Source: a virus. Taken from it: 64,000 nucleotides of DNA. The notes beneath the pieces are model-generated. The model was not told the origin of the DNA. It searched no databases and worked only from the letters and a program-made list of their open reading frames with translations. Both the position numbers and the translations under genes were made by a program. The stretch lies in the IMG/VR virus record IMGVR_UViG_3300008262_000126, positions 1 through 64,000 of that record; one strand, given 5' to 3'. Below are positions 63,323 to 64,000 of this stretch, piece by piece. Each line of letters starts with the position of its first letter. Within the stretch, counting starts at the first letter, position 1.

Positions 63323-63406
63323 CCAGAGTGGCGGAATGGCAGACGCTGCGGTCTTAAAAACCGTTGAGTAACACTCGTACGGGTTCGACTCCCGTCTCTG
63401 GCACCA
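63322..63406 (+). tRNA. tRNA-Leu(UAA)
   Basis: Cloverleaf with long variable arm; loop CT-TAA-AA; encoded CCA. Confidence 0.95.
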
Positions 63407-63464
63407 GTACCCTGCAGGGGGTAGCAAAAAATTAGATTAATCACAATTCTACAAGGGGGAAGGC

Positions 63465-64000
63465 ATGACAAAAATTGACACAGGTTTGATTACGTACACT
63501 GCTACAAAAACTGACACTATTACAGACAAGTCAGGTGCTTTGTATATTACTTCTATGGGTGCAACCGCGCCAGGTACGCCATTCGGCATTAGGGTATGGC
63601 GTATCGCAAAAGGAATGAAAGTAAGACAAGAAGTCCTGTTTTATCCGGGAGACCACGGCGGTCTTGCTGTACTCTGGGGTAAGCTTTTCTTTGTGCACAA
63701 TCAAGCAGGATCGAAAAAAATTGTGCTTGAGGAAATTCCAGGGTTTATTCCGGAAGACGGCACACTGTCGAGTACAACGGTGAACCTCAACGAGTCTCAA
63801 TTAGCACTTATAAACAAGATGATCGAGACGGCCACTAAACGAGCTGAGGGGGCTTATGCTCAGTCTAGTCAAGCAATGGCTCGCATCGTTGCTTTGGAAA
63901 AGCGTATCGCTGCACTTGAAGCACGTCCGGCTGCTTCTTCCAGTCCTGCAGGCTTGTCCAAGGCGCAGATTGAAGACGTTGTGTGGACCAAGATCTGGGA
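63465..64000 (+). CDS. hypothetical protein (runs off window edge)
   Basis: Open frame MTKIDTGLITYTAT...LEKRIAALEARP...; AAGGGGG RBS. Confidence 0.65.
   Translation, partial: MTKIDTGLITYTATKTDTITDKSGALYITSMGATAPGTPFGIRVWRIAKGMKVRQEVLFYPGDHGGLAVLWGKLFFVHNQAGSKKIVLEEIPGFIPEDGTLSSTTVNLNESQLALINKMIETATKRAEGAYAQSSQAMARIVALEKRIAALEARPAASSSPAGLSKAQIEDVVWTKIW

Noticed and set aside
1-64000. Stop-codon reassignment
   Set aside because: TAA, TAG and TGA all end genes, ORFs tile densely under code 11, and there is no suppressor tRNA

Overview
This is a 64-kb slice of a large tailed dsDNA phage (siphovirus-like Caudoviricetes, standard genetic code); no integrase or CRISPR array is seen in the window. 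The left arm (1-13947, mostly minus strand) carries small accessory genes: a Ycf45-like ATPase running off the edge, a GT2 glycosyltransferase and an Rpf-like transglycosylase. It also holds a unit of MazG, class II RNR, putative TerS, intein-containing TerL, portal, amidase and holin-like genes. An AT-rich divergent control region lies at about 14.0-14.2 kb. The right arm (plus strand) carries head, neck and tail genes, then a GT4 glycosyltransferase and the replication/recombination genes (SSB, primase, DnaB, resolvase, PolA, RecA, Cas4-like nuclease). It ends with nucleotide genes (phosphoesterase, ThyX, DUF1599), GT2 plus methyltransferase and three tRNAs (Arg-UCU, Ile2-CAU, Leu-UAA). The standout is a 5521-aa tape-measure protein. 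It has motif-level matches to a PP2C-type phosphatase, a DEDDh 3'-5' exonuclease and a staphylococcal-nuclease domain, plus three ~170-aa repeats and a glycine-rich membrane segment, so it is a candidate injected multi-enzyme effector. All calls come from manual motif reading; no database searches were run.
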